DNA of 64,000 nucleotides from assembly GCA_028826165.1 (NCBI GenBank), contig JAPDFW010000074.1, forward strand, positions 310,001-374,000. Reading direction: 5' to 3'. Below the pieces are notes generated by a model, which worked only from the letters and a program-made list of their open reading frames with translations, was not told the DNA's origin and did no database searches. Shown here in pieces: positions 43,901-58,036 of the stretch. The translations under genes were made by a program, and so were the position numbers. Position 1 is the stretch's first letter. Each line of letters starts with the position of its first letter. Origin of the DNA: Anaeramoeba ignava BMAN (taxonomy: Eukaryota; Protista; Anaeramoebae).

Positions 43901-46900
43901 CCAGATTCAATATTTGTGTTATTTTTCTTTGAGTCAATCTGATCATCAACAAAAAGATGAGCGAAAAAATTGTTTTGTTTGTTGATATCAATCTCAGATT
44001 GCGATTCTGATTTGACAAACGGTTCCTCAGAAACAATAGAGGAAATAGCAGCATCGGCATGATCGGTGAAGTGGCGATTTGGTTTAAATCTTCGACGACG
44101 ACGCAGTGTGTCTTCGGTTGCATTTAGTTTCCAATGAAGAAATTTGGATTGAAAATTCAAAGAGCTCCAAAGACTTGGATTTTGCATGATTTCACGCAGA
44201 AACTCACGGCATCGATTGGAGATTAGCTTCGATCTTTGAAAACGTAAAAGGTCTCGATTCTGAACATCTTTGATTTCGGAATTGACTGAACTGACAACAA
44301 AATTTTGGATCAAAAACTTTGCTTTTTGTGAAAATTCATTTGAGATTCGGATTGATTTCTTCATCTCAGATCGCAGTGCTCCTTGCAACTGAGAATTCAG
44401 TTCATGCTCAGTGCTTTGAATCATCATGAGTTGCTGCGAGAGTTTTTTCCAGGCATCGTCAAAAAGACAAGTGAAAAATTGAGAAAATTGGTCTGATAAA
44501 TCTTGATTACTAAAAATTTGAAGAAGAAGCTCTGGATTTCCTGATCGTAAAAATTGGAACACATTTTGGTTCTCACTATCCTCGCTGTAAGGTGCGATGA
44601 TTTCCTCCATTGTTTTATTGGGGATCCTCGATATAATAGCGCATATATATATCATATAATCAAGTAAGTTAGCGTGCAGTTGTTTTTCATCCTTTAAATT
44701 TTCTTTTCGATTTTTGATGTATTTTTCCTTTTCAAGATTTTTTTTGGATCGTAAAATCTTCTCTATTCCTTCATTGATCTCTTGAGCCTTGATTTGTGAG
44801 ATTGCTCCTGGTGTTTTGGTGTGTTCTGTGAGTGCGAAATGCACCAAAAAGGGGAGAACAATCTCAGTCATTCTTAATGCGCGGTTGTTATTCTCGAGAG
44901 TAATAAATCCGGAAAGAAACTTTTCAAGAAGAGAAAGATAGAAGCTTCGACTGGATGATTCGGAGCGGAATATGCTATCAAAAAGAAAAACAAGCACAAC
45001 AAGCTCAATATCTGCTGTGAAAACACTTGTTTCAGTCTCGCGGGGTTTGAAGAACCCGATCAGCTTCAGAAGATTAAGGAATCGTGTTGTGAAAACAGGC
45101 ACACGCAAAGAAACCCGAATACGATCTGTTTGATGCGATCCCTCTTCAGCAAGTCCCCCTCTGTAGTGGCTGACAAACAAAATCAACTGGCAAATATTTT
45201 CCGAGATGAGATCCATGTTTTTTTGTTTTTGATCCAAAAGAAACTCCTCAGTCCGATCAAGAAGATCTTGGATCAACCGATGAATCAAATGATCTCGTGT
45301 TTGTGAAAACATTGGATTGGCAAACATCTCATTTATAAGTAGTATTGATCTACCAAATTCGGACCAACCTCTTCTTGAATTAACCAAAAAATGCATGTGA
45401 AAAATACTTAATATTTCAAATGCCAGATCGGTGATTTGTTTGCTCATTTCGCTGATTTTATCGGGAGAAATGAAAAGTGTAAGATCCACAATCCCAAGAA
45501 GCGATTGCTGAACTGTGTAATCTTGAAGTGCTGTAACAGTGGAAATTTTTGATTGGAAAACTTGGCGAGCTATTTCAAGAGCTTTCAATGAATCTTCGTT
45601 TTTGTTAGTGGCAATAAGTGAGAAGATGATTTTCAAAATGCCAAAGGGATCGAAAGAAAGAGAATGAGCCATTTCATTGACTTCCATTCTTGGCGGAGGC
45701 ACATTTGAAAGGGCAAAAAGTCTGTGATAAATGGAGAAATTAACGGAAGATCTTTTCAAAATTTGGGACAAAATGAGCGTTATTCCTCGATCAAGAAAAC
45801 ATAATTTTTGGAGATGTTTTGGGATTATTTTCATAGGCTGCTGTTTTGTGCGCACAGACACATCCTGTCGCGAAAGCGCATGGAAACCAAGAACACTTTC
45901 AAGAAGAGAGTAAATGATGTCAAGAGAAACATAAATCAAGTGTGGATTTTCTGCATGAGAGGACATAATTGTCAAAAATGGACCCAAAGTGAGTTGTTCC
46001 AAAAAAACGTTCCAATCAACAGGAAATATTCCCTTTTTCACAATTCTTTGAATCACTTCGAGAATTTTGACAATTCGGTTTTCTGGAACGAAAAAACAAT
46101 TTAAAACTAAGAAGCGTAAATGAGTTGCTAAATCGGTTGAGTTTTTGGAATTCAAAAAAAGTTCGCAAATATGAAGAAGATCAGATGCAAAACCTTCAAT
46201 TGAGCTCTCTTTGATTCTGTGCTTTTTCTTTGTTGATTTTCCGCGGAGATTCTTTTTGCCTCTTTCCTCTTCAGGCCAATAATAGAGACGGATTACATCG
46301 AGCAATATACGAGGAGAGAGAGTTGAGAAGGATTGAGAAGATATGTTTATGATTGCTGTTAAGATCTCCATTAATTGTTTCTGTGTTTTGTCGTTGCAAT
46401 AAATCCAGAGATCGAAATCCATCAGAAAATCAACAACAATAGATCTTTCTAAATTTGGTTCTTTTAGCTGGAAAAGCATTTTCATAAGCGACGGATTCAT
46501 GAGATCAAAAGAGATTGAATTTGGATCGGAGCGTTTTAAAAAATAGCTAATAATCGCAAATCCATATATCTTGACCATATTATCCCGAGCGCTTTTACTG
46601 CGCACAAGAACATCGCACAAGATGTTAAAAACCAATCGGCAATATTTACGGTTTTGCTTCCATAAATGGGGATCCACATCCACAAGCGAGAAGAGCGGCA
46701 AAACCATCTGTATTCCTCCTATGCAATCGATCATCTCGGGAATCTGGCTTGTAAAACAAGAGAACATATGGTGCAATGAAGAGGGTGTGTTGAGTCGATC
46801 GTTCGGACTCTGGTTATATAATAATCCCTTCTCTGAAGCCTTGCTGTTCAGACAAAACACAATCTTCGACATCAGTGTTCCGTCAAAAATCCCACTTGTT

Positions 46901-49900
46901 TCTTCAGGATATCGCGAATATTCATAGCGATCAAAACAAGAGTGATAATTTGATCCAAGCAAATATATCTTTTTCATCGTTTCCTGATTCAGGAAATCAT
47001 CAAAAATATAAATTGTTCCCATTTGTCCGCAAAAAGAATTTTTGACATTTTCAAGTGGATTTAAAAACACTGGAGTTGATGCTCCAATGTGATTTTTTGT
47101 GAGTGGAGCTTTTAGTTTTGGATATGCCACACTGGATTCTCCAACAACCTCTCCGTTGATGAATAATTTTGTATTCGGATATTTTTCACCTTTGATATTT
47201 TTATGCGTCAATCCAAGAAAAAACCATTTTTGCAAAGGAATCAATGTTTTGAATCGAAGTTCGAATTTGTTTTTACCTGTATAAACAGTCAAACAAATAC
47301 GAGAATTTATTGTGAGATTATTTGAATTTGTATTTGTATTTGTATTTGTATTTGTATTTGTATTTGGATTTGGATTTTGATTTGTATTTGAATTTGAATT
47401 TGAATCAACAGAGAAATAAAATTGAAATCCTTCGTTTGTTTGATTTGAAAAACTAAAAATAACTGGTTGTAATTGTTGAGTTTCAAATGTGAAAAATTGT
47501 TCAATTTGCATCCAAGTGCAAAAACTGTATCCTTTGTTTGAGGGCCATTTCTCAATTGGTGGAAGTTCAATCAAAGAGTCTTTCCCATGAAAATCAAAAA
47601 AAGTGTCTGGTCCTTCTTTTTCTGTATTCACAATCTTCTTGAAAACTGTTAAAAGTGGGAATAGAAAATCCATTCTTGAATTTGATCGACTCATTTGAAT
47701 CATTGTGAATATTTTTTTCAGTTCGGTCACTGTTATCAAATGTGTTCCTAATAATGAAATTAGCTCTAATGTTGTGAATAAAACTGTTGATTTGCATTTT
47801 GGAATAAGATCCAAGAGAAAAGTGAGTAATCCTTCATTACAACAAACTGAAATATTATGTGTTGATTTTTTGCAAATTGTAATGAAAATGGAAAGTAATT
47901 CGAGAAAGGAATCATTTTTGAGTTCATTTTTTTTGATATTTTTCAAATTATTTTTTTTGGGAGTTTGTTTGATATTTTTTGAAGAGAAACGATCTTCATC
48001 TTCTAAGTTAATATATTTATTGTTTTCATTATTTTCATTATTTTCATTATTTTGATTTTCATTTTCATTTTCAATTTGAATTTGATTTTCATTATCATTT
48101 TGATTTTCATCAAAATCACTATAATATTCCTCATCACTTTCTCCATTTTCTTCATAGAATTCATCATATTCATAAGTAATCGCCAACTTCTTTTTCAAAT
48201 CATCTAATTGTTCATCATAATCAAATTCATCTTCTTTTGTTTCATCCTCCCCATAAAAATGATAAAGTATTTCAAATGGAATCAAAACTATAGAAGGATT
48301 GCAAATAATAAAATTCACATCTTGATCAAAACTATCAGAGACTAAAATATCCAAAAATCCTGATAAAATTACATCACCTGATTTATCACAATTTTTCAAC
48401 AATTTTTCAAACATTTTCCATCCAGCTTGACTTTCAAAGGCTTGAAACATATTATAGTCATCAGAAAGAAAATATCTTAATAACATAAGACAATCTCGAA
48501 GCACAAGCTCTTGAATTTTTTCATTACTTAATAAATGCACAATAGTCAAAAATGAATTTGCTTTTATAAATTGGTTTCGAAGAGGAAAGGATTTCTGAGT
48601 AATTTCTTTCACAACTAATTGTATTAATTTTTGGATCAATTTCAAAAGAAAAGGATTGGATTTTTCGAAAGAATTGCTGTGTTTTTGTTCAATCAAAAGT
48701 TGATCAACATGCAAAATATGTTCAACATATTGCACAATTAGCTGATGTGCTGAAGAAAAATCTTGTTCAATGCATTGAAACAATTGAGATATTAATTCAA
48801 GAGAATATTTTAACGCGTTGGGTTCAAAAGTCAAATCAAGTAAAAGTTGTGTAAATTTGGATTGATTTAAAACTCTTAATTTGTTTTCTTTTGGAAATTG
48901 GAATAGTGCAAAAAAATCAAATAACAATTCCCGAACAGATAAAAATAGCCGAGGATCAAATTCTTGATTTTCAACATAAATCTTGCCTTGGAATTCATTT
49001 TCAAATCGAATGATATTATATTTTAGTTGCATTGAAGAATAGGATTGCATTAAATAAACCAAAAAATCAGATCCTAATTTAGTGTAAATTGCTTGAGGAA
49101 AAAATACCAAATCAACTCGGATAATTTTCAGCAAATAAACTAAAATTTCATGCATAAACATCAAATTAGAATAATTGAGTAACATTAAATTGACTAAAAA
49201 AATTAATTCGTCAACTTGTTTCCCTGTAATTATAAAGAATGTGATATAATCAAATAAGGTTGTTTTAATTTGATAGATTAAATTGGATTTCTCGTTTGAT
49301 TTTTGATTCTCGTTTTGAGCGAAATTCTTCATCAAAAAAAAAATATAAATAAATATTTAAGTTTGTTTTTGTTTTAAAGAAGAAATATACTTGAAAAATT
49401 GCTCCATGAAAAAAATCACAAAATAAAACATCCCAAAAATGTACTGATCTTAGAAAAGGAAGATCAGATATTTCAACAATTTGAATAAAAAAATCAAGAA
49501 TATAAATTTGTAAATCTGGTGGAATGGATTGATTTCGATCAAATTTCCCTCTGTATAAATCAATAAAAAGTCTAAATAAATGTTTTCTAAATGAAATTTC
49601 ATGAGTTTTTTGACAGAGTTGAATAAGAAGTGTAAAAACTTGATTCAATCTTGAGTTGGATTTTAAATTTAGATCAATCATTGGCTTTTCGGAAATTGAT
49701 TGAAACATTAATTTATATTCTTTCAAAGAGATTTTTTTGGGTAAATTTAAATCTAATTTGAAAATGTGAAGAAAATGAAATTATGAGGATTTTGTTTGTT
49801 GAAGAGATAAATAATTGAAATAAATCAAATATACAATTTGGTTGGTAATTTAAATGGTAATATTCCTTTCGTTGCCGATCTTTTTGAGCCCATTCTTTGG

Positions 49901-52900
49901 TTGTTTGCAACTTTGGAGTCAAATATAATTGGATTCTGGATTGATGAATAAAAGGGAATGAAATATCAACAGAAAAATAAGGTTTCCAAAAACAAATGGG
50001 TTGAATTGTTTCAAAATCGGCTTGTATTTCTAATTGCTTTTGAGGTGATTCTTTGCTTTCTATTTGAGTAATTGAGTTAATCATGTTCATATCCCACAAA
50101 ATAAATTCTGCAATCCCAACAAAATGTCTTTTTTGTATAATTTTGTTTTGAATCCATGGATTTTCTGTTAAAATTGTTGAGAGAAATATCAAACTTAACC
50201 TTCGGATTTGAGACCCAAATTTATATGCCTCTTGAATGGTATTTTGTTGATTAGAAATGACAAAAATATTTGTTGATAAATTCCCTCGATTTTCAAAATA
50301 AAAAAAATTAACTCCAAAAATATCATAATTTTGTTTGAATTGATCATGACTATCATTTTTTTGAAGAATTTGTTGAATTAATTCACTTTCAAATCCAAAT
50401 GGTTTAAAAGTGTCAAAATTTGTTGGAACATTGATTAGTTCAAGTAAAAAATATGCACAATTTTTAAGTTCGATTCGATGCATAACTCCAAATTTGGATA
50501 AAATTTCAAATAAATTTATACATAATATTTTCATTTCAAATTGTCTTTGTGAAGTAACATATTCTTTATCAAGTTGTGAATTAGAAGCAAAAATTTCTTT
50601 TATATTTTTTTTAAAAAAGATAAATTGTTAAGATAAATTGTTGATAAAATTTGAAATGGAAAATTTTTCCAAACCAATTAATTTTGTAGTTAATCTTATA
50701 TTTTTTAATTTTGTTAATTGTTGTTTTGCTTGTAAAAATTCTTTTGAATCTTTTTTTGCAGAAAGGACTTTTTGAGGGCAAAATGATTGAATAATTTCAC
50801 AAGTTCTAGAAAGAAGGAATTGAAGTAAAACAACATTTGCCATTATAAATTTATTTTCAAAACCAGAACGAAGCTAAAAAATTTTTAGAAATTAAAATTA
50901 TTTGAAATTAAATTATTTGGAAATTAAATTATTTTGGAATTAAATTATTTGAAATTAAATTATTTTGAAATTAAATTATTTGAAATTAAATTATTTTTAG
51001 AAATTAAATTATTTTGAAATTAAATTATTTGAAATTAAATTATTTGAAATTAAATTATTTGAAATTAAAATTATTTGAAATTAAATTATTTGAAATTAAA
51101 TTATTTTGAAATTAAATTATTTGAAATTAAATTATTTGAAATTAAATTATTTGGAAATTAAATTATTTGGAATTAAATTATTTGAAATTAAATTATTTAG
51201 AATTAAATTATTTGGAATTTAAATTATTTAAAATTAAATTATTTGGAATTAAATTATTTGTATTTAAATTATTTGTATTTAAATTATTTGTATTTAAATT
51301 ATTTGGGAATTAAATTATTTGAATTTAAATTATTTAAAATTAAATTATTTGGAATTAAATTATTTGAAATTAAATTATTTGAAATTTAAATTATTTGGAA
51401 TTAAATTATTTGAAATTAAATTATTTGGAAATTAAATTATTTGAAATTAAATTATTTGAAATTAAATTATTTGGAATTAAATTATTTGGAAATTAAATTA
51501 TTTGAAATTAAATTATTTGAAATTAAATTATTTGAAATTAAATTATTTGAAATTAAATTATTTGAAATTAAATTATTTGAAATTATTTTAAATTATTTGG
51601 AAATTAAATTATTTGGAAATTAAATTATTTGAAATTAAATTATTTGGAAATTAAATTATTTGAAATTAAATTATTTGAAATTAAATTATTTGAAATTAAA
51701 TTATTTGAAATTAAATTATTTGAAATTAAATTATTTGAAATTAAATTATTTGAAATTAATTTAAATTATTTTGGAAATTAAATTATTTGAAATTAAATTA
51801 TTTGAAATTAAATTATTTGAAATTAAATTATTTGGAAATTAAATTATTTGGAAATTAAATTATTTGAAATTAAATTATTTGAAATTAAATTATTTGAAAT
51901 TAAATTATTTGAAATTAAATTATTTGAAATTAAATTATTTGGAAATTAAATTATTTGAAATTAAATTATTTGAAATTAAATTATTTGAAATTAAATTATT
52001 TGAAATTAAATTTGAAATTAAATTATTTGAAATTAAATTATTTGAAATTAAATTATTTGTATTTAAATTATTTGAAATTAAATTATTTGAAATTAAATTA
52101 TTTGAAATTAAATTATTTGGAATTAAATTATTGAAATTTAAATTATTTTGAAATTAAATTATTTGAAATTAAATTATTTGTATTTAAATTATTTGAAATT
52201 AAATTATTTGGAAATTAAATTATTTGGAATTAAATTATTTGAAATTAAATTATTTGTATTTAAATTATTTGAAATTAAATTATTTGGAATTAAATTATTT
52301 GAAATTAAATTATTTGGAAATTAAATTATTTGGAAATTAAATTATTTGGAAATTAAATTATTTGAATTTAAATTTTTTGGAATTAAATTGTTTACTTGTG
52401 TTTTAATTAATTGAAGAAGTGATTTAATATCAGTTGTTAAATCTAATAATAAATCAAAAAGTCCAAAATTGAAAAGAGTTTGTCTATTAAATTTTGATTC
52501 AACAAGAATTCGAAAAATTTCAAAAGATGAAGCAATTTTAAATTTTGAACGAGAAGAAGATAAAAAATTTAAAATTGATTCATTTGAAGAACTTATAGAA
52601 ATATAATCTAAATAAAGGAATAAAAAAAGAATAAAAAAAAAGGAAAATTATTTTGAATAAAAAAAATTAGTTTTTGATTTCTTACTTTTAATTAAATTTT
52701 TAAATTCTAAAAATATATTAATTATCATAACAATAAATTCTTGAGAATGTCCACAATCATTTGCTACTGCTTCTTTAAGTTCTTTTTGTGAAAATTCAAA
52801 TAAAAATTTTCCTCTTTTTTGTTTTGCATTTTCACATTTAATTTTGACTTTTTCAGGATTCCAAGAACGATAACTTTGAAGAAATACTTCTGAAAAAGAA

Positions 52901-53098
52901 TTAAACCATAAAAGATGTTCTTCCTAATTTTATATTTTCAGATTGATGATTAATATTTGATTCATTTTGTGAATAAAAAGTTTAATTTCTTTTTAAATTT
53001 TGTTTGAAAATTTCTTTTTAAAAATATTTTTATACTTTGGATTTATTTGGTTGTCTTTGTTGCCAAAGTGTTAATAATTTTGAATTTTTTGAAAACAT
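40966..53098 (-). CDS. BEACH-domain protein (neurobeachin/LRBA/Lvs type: ConA-like, PH, BEACH, WD40), 7 exons (53098-53036, 52923-52686, 52607-52396, 50873-50675, 50596-49835, 49752-49391, 49326-40966), ~3398 aa
   Basis: WPSNKGYSFCTW (ConA), RRYLLQETGMEIF (PH), [34 protein letters not shown]...DVKELIPEFF...WIDLIFGYKQQG (BEACH), WD40 tail. All six intron phases consistent. Confidence 0.92.
50874..52395 (-). repeat. 1522-nt intron of a 15-mer array (TTTCAAATAATTTAA)
   Basis: GTAAAC...TTTTAG, phase 0 join TQ|LRSGFENK. Confidence 0.9.
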
Positions 53099-53113
53099 AA
53101 AAATAACACAATT

Positions 53114-53155
53114 AAAAAATGAAAAAAAAATGAAAAAAATGAAAAAAATGAAAAT
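53114..53155 (-). promoter_or_regulatory. Four tandem TCATTTT motifs upstream of the BEACH gene
   Basis: AAAAAATG repeats on the plus strand, 15-55 nt upstream of ATG 53098. Confidence 0.55.
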
Positions 53156-53298
53156 AAAAAATAAAAATAAAATTAATTTTAATTTAAAATTTTTTCATTT
53201 TTGTTCCACTTTTTTTTAATTAAATTTATCAATTCAAAAAAAAAAAAGCAAAAAAAAAAATTATTTTCTTTTCGGTTTTTTTTCTTTTTTTTTCAAAA

Positions 53299-56200
53299 TT
53301 ACACTTTATTAAAAACTGCTAAAGGAAAATATTTAGTTTGAGAATTCCATTGAGGTCTAATTGTTATTAAAGAAACTCCAGTCCAATCAATACTATCAAT
53401 ATTAACAACAAATCCTTTTTTATTATCAAGTGTTTTTGCTAATAATTTTGAAATTTGTAAAGCTCTTCTTTGATATTTTGTTTCTTTTTTACTTGATAAA
53501 TTTCTTTTTTTATCTGTATAAACTGTTAATAAAGAAAAACTTTCTCCTGAAATTGGTAATTCATTTTGATCTAATTTTAATGCAAGTGCAATAGTTCTTA
53601 AAGGAGTAGCAACAACAAATTCCAAAGTAACATGTTTTGTTATCTAAAATAAATTAAGAATAAATAAATAAAATAAATTTTGTTCCACTTTTTTTATTTT
53701 AATTTTAATTTTAATTTTACTTTTTATCTTTTCTTTCTTTTTGGATTCTTTTTCTTTTCATCTTTCTCTTTTATTTCTTTTTATCTTTTTGATGTCTAAC
53801 CCAATAATCAAGACTAACTCTAGGAGGTTCTGAAACATGTTCATTTTGTTTTTCAAAATCTTTTTGTTCACCAATTTTCATTGATTTAAGAAATGGAATT
53901 GTTTTTTGAATTATTAATGAATCAGAATCTTCTCCTTTTATTGTTAAAAATGCTTCATTAATATTTAATAATGTTGTATATTTTCCTCCATATATATATT
54001 TATCCATTGATGAAACAATAAATTCTATTTCTTGATTTGTAAATTTTTCTTGTTCATCAAATAAATTTTTCCAATTACTATGAATAAATAAAGTTCTATA
54101 TTGTGAATCTAATGATGCAATATGAAGTGCAATATCAATTTTCTTGCCTTTTTTAATTTTGATTTTATTAATAATTTTATTAATAATTTTATAAATAATT
54201 TTATAAATAATTTTATATTTAATTTTATTAATAATTTTATATTTAATTTTATAAATAATTTTATATATAATTTTATAAATAATTTTATAAATAATTTTAT
54301 AAATAATTTTATAAATAATTTCATAAATAATTTTATAAATAATTTTATAAATAATTTTATAAATAATTTTATAAATAATTTTATAAATAATTTTTATAAA
54401 TAATTTTATAAATAATTTTATAAATAATTTTATAAATAATTTTATAGTAAATTTATAAATATTTTTATATATAATTTTATAAATAATTTTATATATAATT
54501 TTATAAATAATTTTATATATAATTTTTATAATTAATTTTATAATTAATTTTATATTTAATTTTATATTTAATTTTATAAATAATTTTATATTTAATTTTA
54601 TATTTAATTTTATATTTAATTTTATAAATAATTTTTATATAATTTTATAAATAATTTTATATATAATTTTATAAATAATTTTATAAATAATTTTATATTT
54701 AATTTTATATTTAAGTTTATAAATAATTTTATAAATAATTTTATAAATAAATTTATAAATAATTTTATAAATAATTTAATAAATAATTTTTATAATTAAT
54801 TTTTAAGAAATAAATAATTTTATAATTAATTTTATAAATAATTTTATATATAATTTTATAATTAATTTTATAATTAATTTTATATATAATTTTATATATA
54901 ATTTTATAAATAATTTTATAAATAATTTTATATATAATTTAATAAATAATTTTATAAATAATTTTATAAATAATTTTATTGTTAATAATTTTTTCCATTT
55001 AATTTTGAATATTTAATTTTATATTTAATTTTATAAATAATTTAATATATAATTTTATAAATAATTTTATATATAATTTTATAAATAATTTTATATATAA
55101 TTTTATATTTAATTTTATAAATAATTTTATAAATAATTTTAAATCTACCTATTGGTAAAATATAAAATTTTATTAATTCAAGTGGTTTTTGAGTTTTTGA
55201 TAAAATATCAACATATGAACGTAAAATTTCTGTTATAAAAACATCAGATCCAAGAACAACAATTTTAAAAGGAGTTCTATTTGTTTTAATTTTTTGTTGA
55301 TATTTTACAACTGTTGAAAATGTTTGTTGAATATCTAAAAAATTTTGAATCCAAATTAATTTTCCTTGAAGAGATGATAAATTAATCCATGGTAATAATT
55401 TTTGAGTTCTTCTTTTTCCTGCTTTTAAAAGGAATATATTTTCCACTGTTTTTGATGAATTAAATAAATTTTGTAATGTTCTTGTTACACTTTCAAAAGA
55501 AACTAAAAAATTGATTATTAATTTATAAATAAAAAAAGAACCAACAAAATAATAAATTAATAAATCCAACTTGTTTTCAATTTCAAATTTAAATTCAATA
55601 AAATCAATTTACTTAAAGGATAAGAATTTGCTGAATTTGATTTTTTTAAACTAGATTTAAGTGATTTATTTTCTTCATTCATAAATTTTATAGGTGTTTC
55701 TGATTGTGATTCTTGTTCTATTTTTTCAGTTGATTCATTTCCTTGTTTTTCTTGTTCAAGATTTTTTGTCAAATTTATTATTTCTTTATCACTTGAATCT
55801 TCTTCTTTTATCATTTGATTTAAATCATTATTTGATTGATTTTGATTTTGATTTTGATTTTGAATTGAAATAATTTCATTTTCTTGTTTTCCTCCTTTCT
55901 TTTTAATTCCTTTTCTAAATCTTGCTCCAAATTTAAGTTTATTTCTTAATTTTCCAAATCTTTTCTTTTTTTGTTTTGGTTCAATTTGTGTTAATTCTGG
56001 ACCTTCAATAAGATATTGTAAATCATCTGAATCAGAAGAACTAAATAATAATTTATTAATTTAATAATTTATTAATTTAATAATATTTAAAATATTTAAA
56101 ATATTTTTTTTACTGTTTATCTTTTTCTTCAAAATCTTCTCCATCAATATCATTAACTTCTTCATTTTGAATATTTAATAATGCTCCAATTTTTAAAGGT

Positions 56201-58034
56201 ATTGTTACTACACGAATATTAATTTTAGCTCTTAAATTATTTGTATTTGGTTCTATTAATTTTAGTGATGAATCGAAAGTCATTTGTAACTAATTTTAAT
56301 AAATTTTTAAAAAATAAATTTAATCAATTTTTGTTTTTAAAATAAAATTTAATCAATTTCTGTTTTAAAATAAATTTAATCAATTTCTGTTTTTAAAATA
56401 AATTTAATAAATTTCTGTTTTTAAAATAATTTTAATAAATTTCTGTTTTAAAAATAATTTTGATAAATTTCTGTTTTTAAAATAAATTTGATAAATTTCT
56501 GTTTTTAAAATAATTTTGATAAGTTTCTGTTTTTAAAAATAATTTTGATAATTTTCTATTTTAAAATAATTTTGATAAATTTCTATTTTTAAAATAGTTT
56601 TGATAAATTTCTGTTTTAAAAATAATTTTGATAAATTTCTGGTTTTGAAATAATTTTGATAAATTTCTGTTTTTAAAATAATTTTAATAAATTTCTGTTT
56701 TTAAAATAATTTTGATAATTTTCTGTTTTTAAATAAATTTGATAAATTTCTGTTTTTAAAATAATTTTAATAAATTTCTGTTTTAAAAATAATTTTGATA
56801 AATTTCTGTTTTTAAAATAAATTTAATAAATTTCTGTTTTTAAAATAATTTTGATAAATTTCTGTTTTTAAAATAAATTTTGATAAATTTCTGGTTTTAA
56901 AATAAATTTGATAAGTTTCTGTTTTTAAAATAATTTTGATAAATTTCTGGTTTTAAAATAAATTTAATAATTTTCTGTTTTTAAAATAAATTTGATAAAT
57001 TTCTATTTTAAAATAAATTTGATAAATTTCTATTTTAAAATAAATTTGATAAATTTCTGGTTTTAAAATAATTTTGATAAATTTCTATTTTTGAAATAAA
57101 TTTAATCAAATTTCTGTTTTTAAAATAATTTTGATAATTTTTTGTTTTTAAAATAAATTTGATAAATTTCTGTTTTTAAAATAAATTTAATAAATTTCTG
57201 TTTTTAAATAAATTTGATAAGTTTTTGTTTTTAAAATAAATTTGATAAATTTCTGTTTTTAAAATAAATTTGATAAATTTCTATTTTAAAATAAATTTGA
57301 TAATTACAACATCTGCAAGATTTATTTTACCAATACCAATTGTTGATTTTTTCTTTCCTCTTTTTTTTGTTCTTTGAAGATGAATATTTAATATATTATC
57401 TGAATACTAAAAAATATTAAAAAATTAAATTAATTAATTAATAAATTAATAAATTAATTAATAAATAATTTTACTTTTAAATTGTGTAAATAACGAAAAG
57501 AAAAAACATAAGCAAGTTGATAAATAAGTTGAGAATCATTTTCTGTAAAAGGTAAAATTAAATTTGAAGATTCTAATTTATTAGAAATATTTTTCTTATC
57601 ATTTTTTGAAGGAGTTATAGTTATTGGAGTTGATTTTCTTTGTTGTTTCATTGTTTGAATTGTTGTTTTTGTATTTTTATTTTGTTTTTGATTTTTTGAT
57701 TCATTTTCTTCTTCTTGTTTAATTGGAATATGAATTGCTCCAGTTGAAAGTTTACTCTTTCCTGAATCAATACTTAATGATAATTCTAAAGGTGAAGGAA
57801 AATCAAATTCTTCATTTAAAAAAATTTCTATTTTTATTTTTATTTTTTTTAATTTAAAATTTTAATTTAAAATTTTTTTCTTATTTTTATTTATTATTAT
57901 TATTAACCAAGTAATGTTATTTTTGCAATACAAGTTCTTGGAACACAATGAGCTGGAATATCTTTAATATCTCCTTTTTTTATTCCTGAAAATAATTTTG
58001 TTTCAATTCCAACTTTTTGTTCTTCAGAATTCAT
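53299..58034 (-). CDS. PACS: Phosphofurin acidic cluster sorting protein (PACS), 8 exons (58034-57908, 57827-57475, 57406-57308, 56289-56114, 56040-55613, 55502-55149, 54147-53801, 53643-53299)
   Basis: CVPRTC, FSFRYLHNLK-YSDNILNIHLQR...GKINLADVLQ (FBR), KIVVLGSDVFITEILRSYV, SLDYW, and ISKLLAK...IDSIDWTGV...QWNSQTKYFPL match PACS-1. The last donor site is uncertain. Confidence 0.85.
54148..55148 (-). repeat. 1001-nt intron of a 12-mer array (ATAAAATTATTT)
   Basis: GTAGAT...AAAAAAG, phase 1 consistent. Confidence 0.9.
56290..57307 (-). repeat. 1018-nt intron of a ~29-mer array (TTATCAAAATTATTTTAAAAACAGAAAT)
   Basis: GTAATT...ATTAG, phase 0 join ADV|LQM matches PACS. Confidence 0.9.
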
Positions 58035-58036
58035 TT

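Noticed and set aside
41477-48055. Short plus-strand and alternative-frame ORFs inside the BEACH, EMC1, ankyrin and permease genes
   Set aside because: Expected antisense or shadow ORFs in higher-GC coding DNA, with no recognisable motifs.
53720-53800. Possible K-rich PACS exon extension with an in-frame TAA, suggesting stop-codon reassignment
   Set aside because: A phase-0 donor at 53800 (TGG|GTTAGA) removes it cleanly, or homopolymer errors explain it. TAA, TAG and TGA all end genes normally elsewhere in the window.
40966-58034. Functional clustering of trafficking genes (BEACH next to PACS)
   Set aside because: Two neighbours among otherwise unrelated housekeeping genes; no evidence beyond chance.
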